From positions 1 to 31,878 of IMG/VR virus record IMGVR_UViG_3300022839_000060: 31,878 bases of DNA. The stretch is one strand, 5' to 3'. The stretch is from a virus. Taxonomy: Duplodnaviria > Caudoviricetes. The notes beneath the pieces were generated by a model that saw only the letters and a list, made by a program, of their open reading frames with translations, was not told where the DNA came from and made no database searches. A program made the position numbers and the translations under genes. Of this stretch, positions 9,701-17,415 are shown piece by piece (the first letter of the stretch is position 1; the number at the start of each line of letters is the position of its first letter).

Positions 9701-12700
9701 GCGCTGCCCCTTGCGCTCAAGGCGCCCGAAGAAGCGCACCTTTGCCTGCTGCCAAGGCGTTATGCCGCCCCCAAGCCGTCGATCCGCCTCGCGCCCGCCA
9801 GTCCCGTCGCTGGCCGTGGCGCTATGCGCGGCCGTGTCCGAGAAGGCCTCGATAAAGGAGTCGCGCAGGGATCGCGCATCGTCCCCCAGCGCAAGGTTTT
9901 CCGCAGTGCCGGCACGCGCGGCCATCGTGTCCGCAAACGCCTGCCGCTCCCACATGGTCCCGGTGTTCAGGTAGCGCATGACCGCGTTGGTCTTCATGCC
10001 CAGCCGGGCGCCGCGGCCCTCTTGCTGGATGGCGCGCGTTGGGCGTGTTGGCAGGCCAAGGTTGAACATCACGCGCTGGTGCATGCCCGTCGTGTCGTGA
10101 AGCGAAATGCCGCTTTCGCCCGCGTCAGACTGCACGATCAGCAGGTCAAGCCCAGAGCCATCCCGGTTGAATTCATCCTTGGACGCTTCGCGCTTCTTCG
10201 GAGACACGGTGCCGTTATAGACAGCAGCGCGCTTGCCGAATGTCTCGGTCAGCGCGGCAATCGGGTTGGCGTAATCCGCGAATTTCAGATCAGCGACATA
10301 TGGGTTTCGCCGCAAAAATTCGTCCATGTAGGGCTGGGCGTAGACCTCTTTCTTGATGTTGAGGCCTTGCTCCGACTTTACGTTGATTGTGATCTTTTGG
10401 CCCTTGGGTATGGACACGCGGAACGGGTCAAACCCAGACCCCTTGTTGTAATCGTGGAACACGAACACCTTGCGCCCCATTGCGAGGTGTTCCTCGATCA
10501 TGGGGATGACGGCGCGCGCTTTGATCGCCTCAAGCAATCGCCGCTGCTCAAGAAACCCGAAATTCTTCTTGATGATCTGCTCGTAAAGCGGCCGAAACTT
10601 TCCACCGTCAGCCGACATCAGGAACGTCACCGCCTGGTCGATGCGCTCGCCCACGCTGTCGTCCACCGAAACGAATTTGCGGTCGTAGTCTTTGTCCACC
10701 AGAAGCGCGCGACCGGACAGCGCGCCTGACTGCTTCAAATCGTTGTGAAATTGGACCTCGAACAGCTCAGATTGCACTCGGCTTTCAGGCTGCGTCAGCT
10801 TGTTATAACGGATGCGGAAGCCAAACTTCTCGACCATGAACAGGTTTCGCCCGCTCTGGCGTGATCCGCTTGGCGTGATCCCGGACTTGGGATAATCGAA
10901 CAGATAACCGTTCGCGTAATCAACATTTTTTGCATAGGCGAACGGCGTCGCGGAGAGAAACACCACCTTAGAGCGCGGCTTCGCCTTAATTTCCGCACGG
11001 ACGATTTCCTCGGCCGCGTAGAGCTTTTTATTGAGCTCGTCGCCTCGCTTGGTTCGCTCGATCGTGGGTCGGCCTTCGTCTGCCAGCGCCTTGATTTTCT
11101 CCCGGATGGGGCGGATGTCCTTATGCGTGCGAACGCGCTCGCGGACGCCATCGGGATGCAACGAAAGGGCGCGCAGCGCGGTCAGCGCAAGCGTGTCGCC
11201 CGCACCTGCGTTGCTCATCAGGTTGTCGGCTTCGTCGGTGACAATCAGATCCCAATCGGTGTCGCCCAATATCTGGTTGTCACCCATGTTCGCGTAGGTC
11301 GTCGTCACAACGCCGGTGCCAGTGCTCGACGTGTTGGCCAAGCGGTTGGTCTTGACCTTCAGGCCATTAGCGGCCTTTTCCCAGCCAATCAAAATCCCGT
11401 CGCTCGGCGCGATGACGAGAATGTTCGCGTTCGGGTTCTGCATCAGCGTGCGCTTGATGATCCCCAAGCCCGTGAAGGTCTTCCCGGTTCCGGTTCCGTT
11501 GGTGAACATCATGCCGAATTTGCCGTCAACGATCAGCCGCTTTTCGGCCTTCACGACGTCATCCTGCTGCTCGGCAAACAGGCTCGGCAGGGTCTTGCGG
11601 ACGTTCTCAAGATCAGCGGCGACAAAGGCGCCCGGCGTCAGGTCATCGGCGTTTCGATCATCGCCTTCCTGAACGATGCTTTCTCCGCCTCGTTCATCGG
11701 AGCTTCCCGTTCCGCCATCAGCACCGCTTCCTCCACGTCCTCCAGCGCTGGCAGGCTTAGAAGCCCCGCGCGCGCCACCGCGCGGCTCTCCCACAGCAGC
11801 GGGCCGATTTTGAGAACCAGAGCGGCCACCATCCCGCTGCCCGTCACTGCCGTCAATCGCGCTTCCTCCAGCGCCAGCGCCTTGCCCAAGTGCTCCTCCG
11901 GCAGTGGAAACATCTGCATCGCCCACGAGGTTTCCAGCGTTTGCGTTTCCGCTATCCGGTTCCACACCGCCGCGTTTGCCTGATACATCGGTCGTCTCCA
12001 AGTTGGCGTCAATTTCCGCGAGGGCGGCGCGAACGGCATCCGGCCCGTCCATGCCAGAGACATCCCCACCCATGTCCTCGGTCATATCACGCGCGCCGTT
12101 ATACCAAGACCGGAGATATGGCCTTAGCTTGGCAACCGTGGTGCCCAAGTCGCTTGCAATCGCAGACGCGAACGCCTTGAAAGTCCGCGCGCCACGCTCG
12201 ACGTGATACACAGCCATCTCAGCGCCAAGCGCCATAATTTCAGGGTCGATGCCGACGTTGAGCTGGTTCTTTAGCTTGTCCTTCAGCTTGGCGCGAATTT
12301 CAGCCATCCGCTCATCAGTGACAAGCGTATTTTTGCCACCGGCGGGCGTGGGCGCTGCCGTGGGCGCGGGCGGCGTGGGCGCTGCCGTGGGCGCGGGCGG
12401 CGTGGGCGCTGCCGTGGGCGCGGGCGGCGTGGGCGCTGCCGTGGGCGCGGGCGGCGCGGGCGCTGCCGTGGGCGCGGGCGGCGCGGTGGTGGCCGTGGGC
12501 GCAGACGGCGTTCCGAACATATCGTCCTGATCGCGCGCGCCGAGGTCGAACAAGCCGTCATCCGGCGCCTTCTGCGGGGCCTTCGGGCGCATGGGGGCCT
12601 TTGCGCCTTGCGCGGCCATCTGCGCCCCGCTCGCCTGCTCAGCGCCGGGGATGACCGCCTGCGGACCTGCGGCGGTGATGTCGGTTGCGCTGGGCGTCAG

Positions 12701-15478
12701 CCCTTCTTGCGCGCCTGCTCCGCTTGCTGCTCCTTGCTCGGAAAGAACCGGCGCTGCATCTCCGCCAGGGCGAACCCCGTTAGTCCCGCCTGGAACTTCG
12801 TCGCTGGCTTTGATGGCGTCGAGGAACTGCTTGCGGGCTGCGCCGACTGTGAGGCTTCCATCTTTGACGCCTCGGGCTGCTTCATTGAGCGCATCTGAAA
12901 TCGGTCCTTTTCTCTGTGACAGCTTCTCGATCGTCAGGGACAGGCGATCATTCGTCGCCATGCCAGCCGCGTTGGCCTTACCGTCAAGCACATTTCCCGC
13001 AGACGATAGCATGTCCTCGTCCCGGATTACCGTTTTGAACGCGGATTTGGTCATGCGCAGCGTTTTCATCGCGTTGTCGAGGACGCGGGCACGCTCGCGG
13101 ATCAAAGTGTCGGTGAAAACTTCCTCGCCAAACAGGCCACCTTGGGTCTCCTGCGTGAAGCCTGCGTTTTGGATCTCGCCAATCAGCAATCGTGCTTCGT
13201 TGGCGGTTCTGGGCTTGGCGGCGATCAAGGCCGTGGCCACAGCAGCATGTTGGGACTTGTCGGTGACAAGGCGCCCGATCTCTGCGCCTTGTGCATCAGG
13301 CAAGCGATCGTTGACCACTAGGCCCCAAGCGTCATCGCTCAGTTTGGCCAGATCAGCGCCGTCACGATAAGCAGTGCGTTTCGGCGGAATAAACTTGGCG
13401 GCCTCGGCGCCCATGCCCGCGCGGAACACACGCGCGATGTCGCGTGCTTTTGTGCTCTCGCCACCTTCAGCCAGGTTTTTAAGCGCACCCTCAGACATGG
13501 CGGCTTCAGCAGTCACGCCATCCGCTTCGCGCAGAACCTTCGCGCGCAGGGTGACATCGGGCTGCCCGGCCGCCTTGGCGCGCTTGGCAAGGTCAAGGCG
13601 CTGATGCCCATCCACGATGTATCGGGTGCCGTCGTTGGCCTCCCATACAACCGCGATGCCGGAATAGTCGTTGCTCCACTGGAAGTCGCCCGCCAACGCG
13701 CCGGTGACGCCTGCCGCATCGCCGCCGTCCTTGAACTGGAACCGCTTCGGGTCCGCGACAACGCTCTCCGGGTCGAGCATGACCAGATCGCCATCCGCGG
13801 CCACTGCGGCCGCGGCAACCTCGGGGGCCTGCGGGTTGGCGGCGTCGGGCTCGGCCACGGCCACCGGCGCGGGAACGGGCACAGGCTCCGTCGCCATGTT
13901 GAACGACGCGGGGTCGCGGATCGCCGGATTGCGCGGCGGCGCGACGGGCGCCGGAGGCGGGGGCGGCGCGGTGCGAGGATCGCTGGGCGACCTGGCGCCA
14001 GCGCGCTCGTCATCGCGCAGCGCGGACGTGTCGGGCAGGGGCGCGACCTGTCCCGGCTGCACGGGCGGCGTAATCGCAGGCGGGGGCAGGCGCAGGATCT
14101 CGGCAACGCGGCGCTTGCCCGCCTCGATCAGCTCGTTGCTGTTCGCCGACGCGCGGTCGGCCGGGGTCAGAAACGGGCTGTCGGGGCTGGACATATCCAC
14201 GTCGGCCGCGGCCAACGCCGCTGTCGCCGCTTCGCGCGATGTGGGCGCCACGCCGTCGTCGAGCGCCTGCTGCACCGCTTCGGCGCGCTCGGCGCCTGAC
14301 ATCGACATGATGTCGGGGATTGTGTCGCCCGCGCCCAGAAGCACCTGCACGTCGTCCATGAGGCTTGCCGCCGGCGTTGCCTCGGGGTCAGCGCGCGGGG
14401 GCGCTACAGGCGGCACAGGCGGCACAGGCGGCGTGCCAGACGCCGGGTCAAAGAGATCCACCGGATCGCCTGGGGCGGGGGGAGGCGCGTTCGGGTCACG
14501 TCGCGGCGGAGCGCCACTGACGGCCATGCTTCCCGCGCCGATGCCGCCGCCTAAGATGGCGCCGACAAGCGCAGCCTCGCCAACATTCGCGAACTGGCTG
14601 CGCTCGGGGTCATAAATCCCGATTGCGACGAGGTTGTTCAGCCATTGCGACAGCCCCTCTTGCGCCGCTTCCTCGCCCGCCGACATCGTGAGGTGCGCCA
14701 GCACGCGGACCAGCTTTTTTGATGCGCCGCCGGTTAGGCGGTCAAGCGGCTTGAGCGCCCGCAGGATGGGCACGGCCTCCGTTGTGCCGATAAGCGCGCC
14801 AAGCCCCGCGGCATTCAGCGCGTCCTCTTCGCTGGCGCCGTTCATCAGGGCATCGTCATACTGAGACCCTGCGCCTACGGCCGAGCCAGCGACAACGATG
14901 CCGGGCAAGCCTGTGACAACCGCGGCGACAAGGAATCCGGCCATGGAGCCAGCGCCTTGGGGGAGCGTCGAGGTGAAAAAGTCACCGTCATAGGCGGGAT
15001 TTGTCTGGAACGTGTCCTTGGCGAAGTCGCTGATGCCTTGGCCCGCAGCGTAGAGGGCGGTGCTTTTTGCGGCGGGGTTGTCCATCCGCGAGCCGAACAT
15101 CTGGCGCGTTTGCTCCGCGTTTTGCTCCGCGGCGACAAGATCTCCAGAGATGTCCTCACCAGTGGCGCCGCGGCGAGCAAGGTTCACCATGATGCCCGAG
15201 TGATACTCCTCGGACTGCTCTTGCATCCGCGCCTGCTGCTCGTTGCGCTGCCCCTGCGTGTAGGCGCGCACGGCGGCCACGCCTTTGGTGGCGACACCCG
15301 CCATGTCAACAAAGCCTCGCCCCACCGAGTTTATGGCGCTGCCGAAGCGCCCTTGCCCGGTGTCGATTGCTGGAGCGGGGGTGGCGGCGGGCGTGACTAT
15401 ATCGTCAGCCCACCAGTCGTCCTGCTTGCCATCTTCAGGCTTCGCGATCTGATCCGCTGTCCACCAATCTTCGCTCAC
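3746..15478 (-). CDS. giant DarB-like polyvalent virion/ejected protein (3910 aa): ParB-like, SF2 helicase, N6-adenine MTase, 2x ART-like, HExxH metallopeptidase, LPD38-like C-terminus
   Basis: IVDGHQR (DGHQR 13598-13612); GTGTGKT (11477-11497), DEAD (11225-11236), FLSATP, QQEGRGAR; DFYATP, VLEPSAGDG, NPPF (9410-9421); YHGT..GGYFT..AFDPEQIKS; HEAIH (7874-7888)+EEAIAE; FHGS..GWGMYF..NYVIY; PTVLDPISEV..NKNF..SPEQIDH. Confidence 0.9.
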   Translation of the reverse strand: MSEDWWTADQIAKPEDGKQDDWWADDIVTPAATPAPAIDTGQGRFGSAINSVGRGFVDMAGVATKGVAAVRAYTQGQRNEQQARMQEQSEEYHSGIMVNLARRGATGEDISGDLVAAEQNAEQTRQMFGSRMDNPAAKSTALYAAGQGISDFAKDTFQTNPAYDGDFFTSTLPQGAGSMAGFLVAAVVTGLPGIVVAGSAVGAGSQYDDALMNGASEEDALNAAGLGALIGTTEAVPILRALKPLDRLTGGASKKLVRVLAHLTMSAGEEAAQEGLSQWLNNLVAIGIYDPERSQFANVGEAALVGAILGGGIGAGSMAVSGAPPRRDPNAPPPAPGDPVDLFDPASGTPPVPPVPPVAPPRADPEATPAASLMDDVQVLLGAGDTIPDIMSMSGAERAEAVQQALDDGVAPTSREAATAALAAADVDMSSPDSPFLTPADRASANSNELIEAGKRRVAEILRLPPPAITPPVQPGQVAPLPDTSALRDDERAGARSPSDPRTAPPPPPAPVAPPRNPAIRDPASFNMATEPVPVPAPVAVAEPDAANPQAPEVAAAAVAADGDLVMLDPESVVADPKRFQFKDGGDAAGVTGALAGDFQWSNDYSGIAVVWEANDGTRYIVDGHQRLDLAKRAKAAGQPDVTLRAKVLREADGVTAEAAMSEGALKNLAEGGESTKARDIARVFRAGMGAEAAKFIPPKRTAYRDGADLAKLSDDAWGLVVNDRLPDAQGAEIGRLVTDKSQHAAVATALIAAKPRTANEARLLIGEIQNAGFTQETQGGLFGEEVFTDTLIRERARVLDNAMKTLRMTKSAFKTVIRDEDMLSSAGNVLDGKANAAGMATNDRLSLTIEKLSQRKGPISDALNEAARGVKDGSLTVGAARKQFLDAIKASDEVPGGTNGVRPGGDAAPVLSEQGAASGAGAQEGLTPSATDITAAGPQAVIPGAEQASGAQMAAQGAKAPMRPKAPQKAPDDGLFDLGARDQDDMFGTPSAPTATTAPPAPTAAPAPPAPTAAPTPPAPTAAPTPPAPTAAPTPPAPTAAPTPAGGKNTLVTDERMAEIRAKLKDKLKNQLNVGIDPEIMALGAEMAVYHVERGARTFKAFASAIASDLGTTVAKLRPYLRSWYNGARDMTEDMGGDVSGMDGPDAVRAALAEIDANLETTDVSGKRGGVEPDSGNANAGNLVGDADVSTAGGALGQGAGAGGSAIDGSDGQRDGGRSGSQNRPAAVGEPRGGARGASKPASAGGRGGSGADGGTGSSDERGGESIVQEGDDRNADDLTPGAFVAADLENVRKTLPSLFAEQQDDVVKAEKRLIVDGKFGMMFTNGTGTGKTFTGLGIIKRTLMQNPNANILVIAPSDGILIGWEKAANGLKVKTNRLANTSSTGTGVVTTTYANMGDNQILGDTDWDLIVTDEADNLMSNAGAGDTLALTALRALSLHPDGVRERVRTHKDIRPIREKIKALADEGRPTIERTKRGDELNKKLYAAEEIVRAEIKAKPRSKVVFLSATPFAYAKNVDYANGYLFDYPKSGITPSGSRQSGRNLFMVEKFGFRIRYNKLTQPESRVQSELFEVQFHNDLKQSGALSGRALLVDKDYDRKFVSVDDSVGERIDQAVTFLMSADGGKFRPLYEQIIKKNFGFLEQRRLLEAIKARAVIPMIEEHLAMGRKVFVFHDYNKGSGFDPFRVSIPKGQKITINVKSEQGLNIKKEVYAQPYMDEFLRRNPYVADLKFADYANPIAALTETFGKRAAVYNGTVSPKKREASKDEFNRDGSGLDLLIVQSDAGESGISLHDTTGMHQRVMFNLGLPTRPTRAIQQEGRGARLGMKTNAVMRYLNTGTMWERQAFADTMAARAGTAENLALGDDARSLRDSFIEAFSDTAAHSATASDGTGGREADRRLGGGITPWQQAKVRFFGRLERKGQRRDQREGADFYATPEPVGLKMVQLANIKTLEDVLEPSAGDGAIARWMPDTSNRVLIEPSPSLSSRAALAAPGSDVQTGTFEDLHVVNKFDAIVMNPPFGVGGSTAFKHVAKAATHLRNGGRIVALVPVGPAADKAYARVMAERGMSGVYEVASIALPAVTFERAGTKVATKIIVLEKQSDPEIAAALSQKSVDFTGETNIDQLFDAMEGLSIADRLEPKTKDAPLPVDAPEVADLAPVAGVQFDLAETRHVKRDMPVFVATSGARLSREAYSAVLAIAKANGGHYSAYKSGGAVPGFQFFSAAERTKFVDAVNGTVTRERRGDASDTAFNKWFRKSKVVDADGNPLTVYHGTARFGFDMFDTYAGNYGLMGMGGYFTQLREMAETYTEKGAKAIIARGDKVTPGIYEVFLSIQNPLDMEAKADIKAWTEAFSRYEADFDGSVTNEDAYRLAEDALSAEGMPSYEGAEIMQDALRAMGHDGITHMGGGRITSGSVKHRVWIAFDPEQIKSTDNQGTFDPEDARIRFQMNPLAQPATSERRGPVTTQTMIAAQIGDLRARLDALGLKDVALVVESGSSAQGAFRMASDGSRTIVINTTSDNFTGTLNHEAIHALYLGGMFTTGEWSALSKRADALWIKKHNVKALYPEGDTALWREEAIAEEFAAWADGKRKSTPDVVARAFAKIKSVIEAIGNWVQGNGFNSTDGTFGRVDSGAIGARVRGPDGRFVERDQSAFHGSPHKFPKFSTSAMGTGEGAQAFGWGMYFAGRKSLAKFYRDILTKPNGDSKEKQYFTYNGQDYRGRSSLSNVVDAFLRSEKLSGADLTSVFFPASRMRDSNGDFGTWFNEARSERTDKIDKLNNSTLALEKDIAAMERMISYVGFEIASLQVQKLPTTGMEIGETDASKVPREKIKAVAMEHGPYGKTRRIEIEELKLEVDLLDKMASEISQVVSDNSQPGALYTVEIPEDASMLTFDTPMSEQPQGVRDAMRGLLDGERPASSGKAAYNALSRKLGGDQAASLAMHAAGIPGHRFLDGRSRRVGDGTFNYVIYHDDSVTIVSREQRRNVPPGPFDTYETRTRGELARMFAPWNWGELLKAQSWQDLGTFWKRSLVNTRTDTLRQQRAVEAATGAPTPLNQDTYGIASLYIGRTGARLEKFYDGQVRPIIKVMDKAGIESTDMDDYLAAMHAAEANEQVARLYEVDNPDHQFVQAVTDPDVVGGSGMSANEAAAIITRAEATPQAAVYRQVSRRVRRMLDQALDLQVSSGLIAQESADAMRSVYSNYVPLRGFKDEEADSGYGIGRGFDIRGQESRARTGRRSRSDSPLAYAFTQAASTIVRSEKNRVGKTFLRFVTANPNPAAWEVDRREVTRSIGKSKVMVIDPVTGDPVMVSRKQVKFKSTPPSRMADNVMIVKIGGKEVAITIQNPDIAAGLKSMNPENGSALVRAFVSIVGALTRTISALNTTWNIEWFSVNMLRDLQTAGIQIGGLTQKSLAISMYKNYFGAFLGAAQYFSGMGNSRWKQVAEDFVADGGKVSYIDFKDVEAFKDMVSGATTEKKMKKLWDAGPGRIFAAIEVVTSTGENAIRIAAYKAAVDAGVPRTAAAIIARNVTVDFNAKGNATPAINAAYMFFNAAMQGSAAMFTTLKNSNTARALAGSYMFMGLLEAILASGDDDEYKKLDDYVRERNIVIAWAPLGLGESGEFGKMPISYGYNVFKVAGTEMGRMALHGSTPAESAGVIVSAILNSFNPLGGQDLFAMAIPTVLDPISEVVRNKNFMDSTIKPSYPGDLRPMSEQYYPSVSSWSKSLTKYLNDSTGGNTFRGGWIDISPEQIDHLFSAYTGGVGRLITRSIRTGEDLSAGRPLDLDQVPFVRNFYTRTFGEMPTWRAYDKISDATSALEFELKGLSGAGRAEEALAARNRDPVLLRLIGPFNAYAKILSSLRKQEGLVRASSMAEDAKETALERLRLQQYDIHRRAIELHDRTRKAAE
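11638..11988 (-). CDS. putative nested +1-frame gene (116 aa) inside the giant gene
   Basis: GGAG 7 nt before ATG; mostly G/C-ending codons in this frame while the host frame becomes A/T-ending and low-complexity; helical protein-like sequence. Confidence 0.6.
   Translation of the reverse strand: MYQANAAVWNRIAETQTLETSWAMQMFPLPEEHLGKALALEEARLTAVTGSGMVAALVLKIGPLLWESRAVARAGLLSLPALEDVEEAVLMAEREAPMNEAEKASFRKAMIETPMT
12345..12506. repeat. 27-bp tandem repeat (about 6 units) encoding PAPTAAPTP linker
   Basis: ggcgtgggcgctgccgtgggcgcgggc x4 exact, one copy with a single substitution, one degenerate copy. Confidence 0.95.
12697..12894 (-). CDS. possible second nested +1-frame ORF (65 aa)
   Basis: AAAGGA 10 nt upstream of ATG; local drop in host-frame GC3; same +1 frame as 11638-11988. 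Confidence 0.3.
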   Translation of the reverse strand: MRSMKQPEASKMEASQSAQPASSSSTPSKPATKFQAGLTGFALAEMQRRFFPSKEQQAEQARKKG

Positions 15479-16638
15479 AATGGCGTCCTCCCAGGAAGGC
15501 CGTTCGGGGCTATGTAATCCGTCCCGGGCGGAAGCGCGTCTCGCTCCTCCCGGGTCTTCGGGCGAGGAATTTCAGCGCCACGCGGCGCGGTCGGCGCGGC
15601 AGTCGTTGCTTGCACGGCCGCCTTCATCGCTTTTGCTACCACCTCCTGAGCGGGCAGACCAATATTTTCGGGGCTGGTCAGAACCGCGGAGAAAATCTGG
15701 TTGTAAAGTTTCTCGTTGGCGTCAGCGGCCATCTTGATCGGCTTTCCGTCTGGACCGTCCACTTCCACCACCTTATTGCCCACGCGATAGCCTACAGTGC
15801 CGTCATTCGTGCGGATGATCGTTCCGCCGTTCGCCATCGTCTGGGCAAACTCGTCAGCCCGGGCGGCAAGGGCGCGCGTCTGCGTAGCTTCGTCAGCCGC
15901 CACCCTTTCGGCCAGCATTCTCTCTTGTAGCTCACGGTTTAAAAGCCCCTCGCTGGCACCTTCCTTCGCGGCAAGGGCGGCGGCGTCGGCTCGACTCTCG
16001 GCAAGCGCTGTCGCCGCGTCCGCCGCCGCTCCAACGCCTGTGGCCGCCGCGTCAGTGCCCCTCTGGTTGGCAACGGTGGCGGCGTCTGCGTTGACACCGG
16101 CGGCGGCGGCGTCGCGCGCGGTGGCGGCGGCGCGCGTCTTGTCGGCTTCGCTGGACACAAAAGCCCGCTGCTCTGCCGCGCTCATAGCGTCAAACTCGCG
16201 CTTGGCCTGTGCGTCCAAGTTGCCGCGGAAATAGGCGAGATCGCGGTCTTCAACCATCTGCGCCCTCGCATCGCCGCGGACGGTGGCGGCGTCCTCGCGC
16301 GCAAGAACGGCGGCGTCGGCGGAGTTGCTAGCGCGCAGGTTCTCAAGCTCCATGGCAAGCCTGGCCGCTGCGGTCTGAGCGCCCGCGTTGGCGCTGCGCG
16401 TGGCGGCGTTTTCGACTGCCTGAAAGGTTTGACCTTCCTGCCGCTCGCTGGTCGCGAACGTGCGCTGCGCCTTGTTTTCGTCAGCCTGAAAATCTCGCCC
16501 TTCCTTCGCCATAAGCTGATCGCGCGCAAACTTGATCTCAGCCTGCCGCTCCTCCTTCGCATCCGTCGCCTGCTGCACCAAACCCTTGCCCACACCAGCG
16601 GCCGCGCCTGCGAGCGCGTATGAAAAAATCCCGGCCAT
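15475..16638 (-). CDS. probable internal virion/ejection protein (387 aa)
   Basis: Gly/Ala-rich N-terminus MAGIFSYALAGAAAGVGKG, long Ala-rich coiled coil; C-terminal ALPPGTDYIAPNG motif; position before the giant protein. Confidence 0.7.
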   Translation of the reverse strand: MAGIFSYALAGAAAGVGKGLVQQATDAKEERQAEIKFARDQLMAKEGRDFQADENKAQRTFATSERQEGQTFQAVENAATRSANAGAQTAAARLAMELENLRASNSADAAVLAREDAATVRGDARAQMVEDRDLAYFRGNLDAQAKREFDAMSAAEQRAFVSSEADKTRAAATARDAAAAGVNADAATVANQRGTDAAATGVGAAADAATALAESRADAAALAAKEGASEGLLNRELQERMLAERVAADEATQTRALAARADEFAQTMANGGTIIRTNDGTVGYRVGNKVVEVDGPDGKPIKMAADANEKLYNQIFSAVLTSPENIGLPAQEVVAKAMKAAVQATTAAPTAPRGAEIPRPKTREERDALPPGTDYIAPNGLPGRTPL

Positions 16639-16639
16639 A

Positions 16640-17329
16640 TCACATGCCCCCCTTGTCCATGCGGCGCTGCTCGGCGCGGCGCTGCTGGCGGTTCATCGGT
16701 GGGGAGCCACCAGCAAGAGGCGTCGGCCCGGACGGCGGCGGCGCAGCTTCGGACGGCATTCCACCTAGCATCAGGCCACCGGGCGCCGGCCCGCCAGTGT
16801 CGCCGGAAATCATCCCTTGGTTGGCGCGGATCTCCTCCATCGCGGCGGCCGAGCCCTCCTTGGTCACAATGCCCATGCCCTGAAGCGCCACGCGCACCTC
16901 ATCGAAGGCGCGGATAATCGTCCCCTGGAGCTTCTTCTTGTCCTGCGAAAACGCGAACACGTTCGCTTCCTCCGACCGCTCGATCACGTTCTCAATGATC
17001 TCGTTGATCCCGTGCAGCATCACATCGTCGGGCACCTTGGACTTCGACTTCTGCACCGCCTGCATGACGCGCGTGACGATCGCCGCCGACACCAGCGCGA
17101 CCCCTTCGGCCGGGTCTTCGGTGTCGAGCGACGTGATGATTTTCGACCTGGCCGCCTTGTCGTTCAACATCAGCACGCCCGACGCCACGAACTTGTCATA
17201 GGTCTCTTGCTCGCCAGCTTCGGCCGCCACGCCGGGGTCCGCCGGGTTGGTTACGCCGAACACCGCATCGGATGTCGCGCCGCCGGGCGCGGGCGGCTGC
17301 ATGCCGCTCATATTGTCGGGAAGTTGCAT
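16640..17329 (-). CDS. probable internal virion protein (229 aa)
   Basis: GAGG before ATG 17329 (preferred over 17356, which abuts the terminator U-tract); helical core with Pro/Gly-rich ends. Confidence 0.7.
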   Translation of the reverse strand: MQLPDNMSGMQPPAPGGATSDAVFGVTNPADPGVAAEAGEQETYDKFVASGVLMLNDKAARSKIITSLDTEDPAEGVALVSAAIVTRVMQAVQKSKSKVPDDVMLHGINEIIENVIERSEEANVFAFSQDKKKLQGTIIRAFDEVRVALQGMGIVTKEGSAAAMEEIRANQGMISGDTGGPAPGGLMLGGMPSEAAPPPSGPTPLAGGSPPMNRQQRRAEQRRMDKGGM

Positions 17330-17356
17330 GGCTCGCCTCGCTGGGGAATTGCGCAC

Positions 17357-17388
17357 AAGAAAAAACCCCGGCCGTTGAGGGCCGAGGT
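17357..17388 (-). terminator. Rho-independent terminator
   Basis: minus strand ACCUCGGCC-cucaac-GGCCGGGGU followed by UUUUUCUU. Confidence 0.8.
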
Positions 17389-17415
17389 CTGGGTCGCCGG
17401 ATCAAAGGGGGGCGA

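Noticed and set aside
12345-12506. CRISPR array
   Set aside because: Head-to-tail repeats with no unique spacers, in frame inside a CDS; no cas genes
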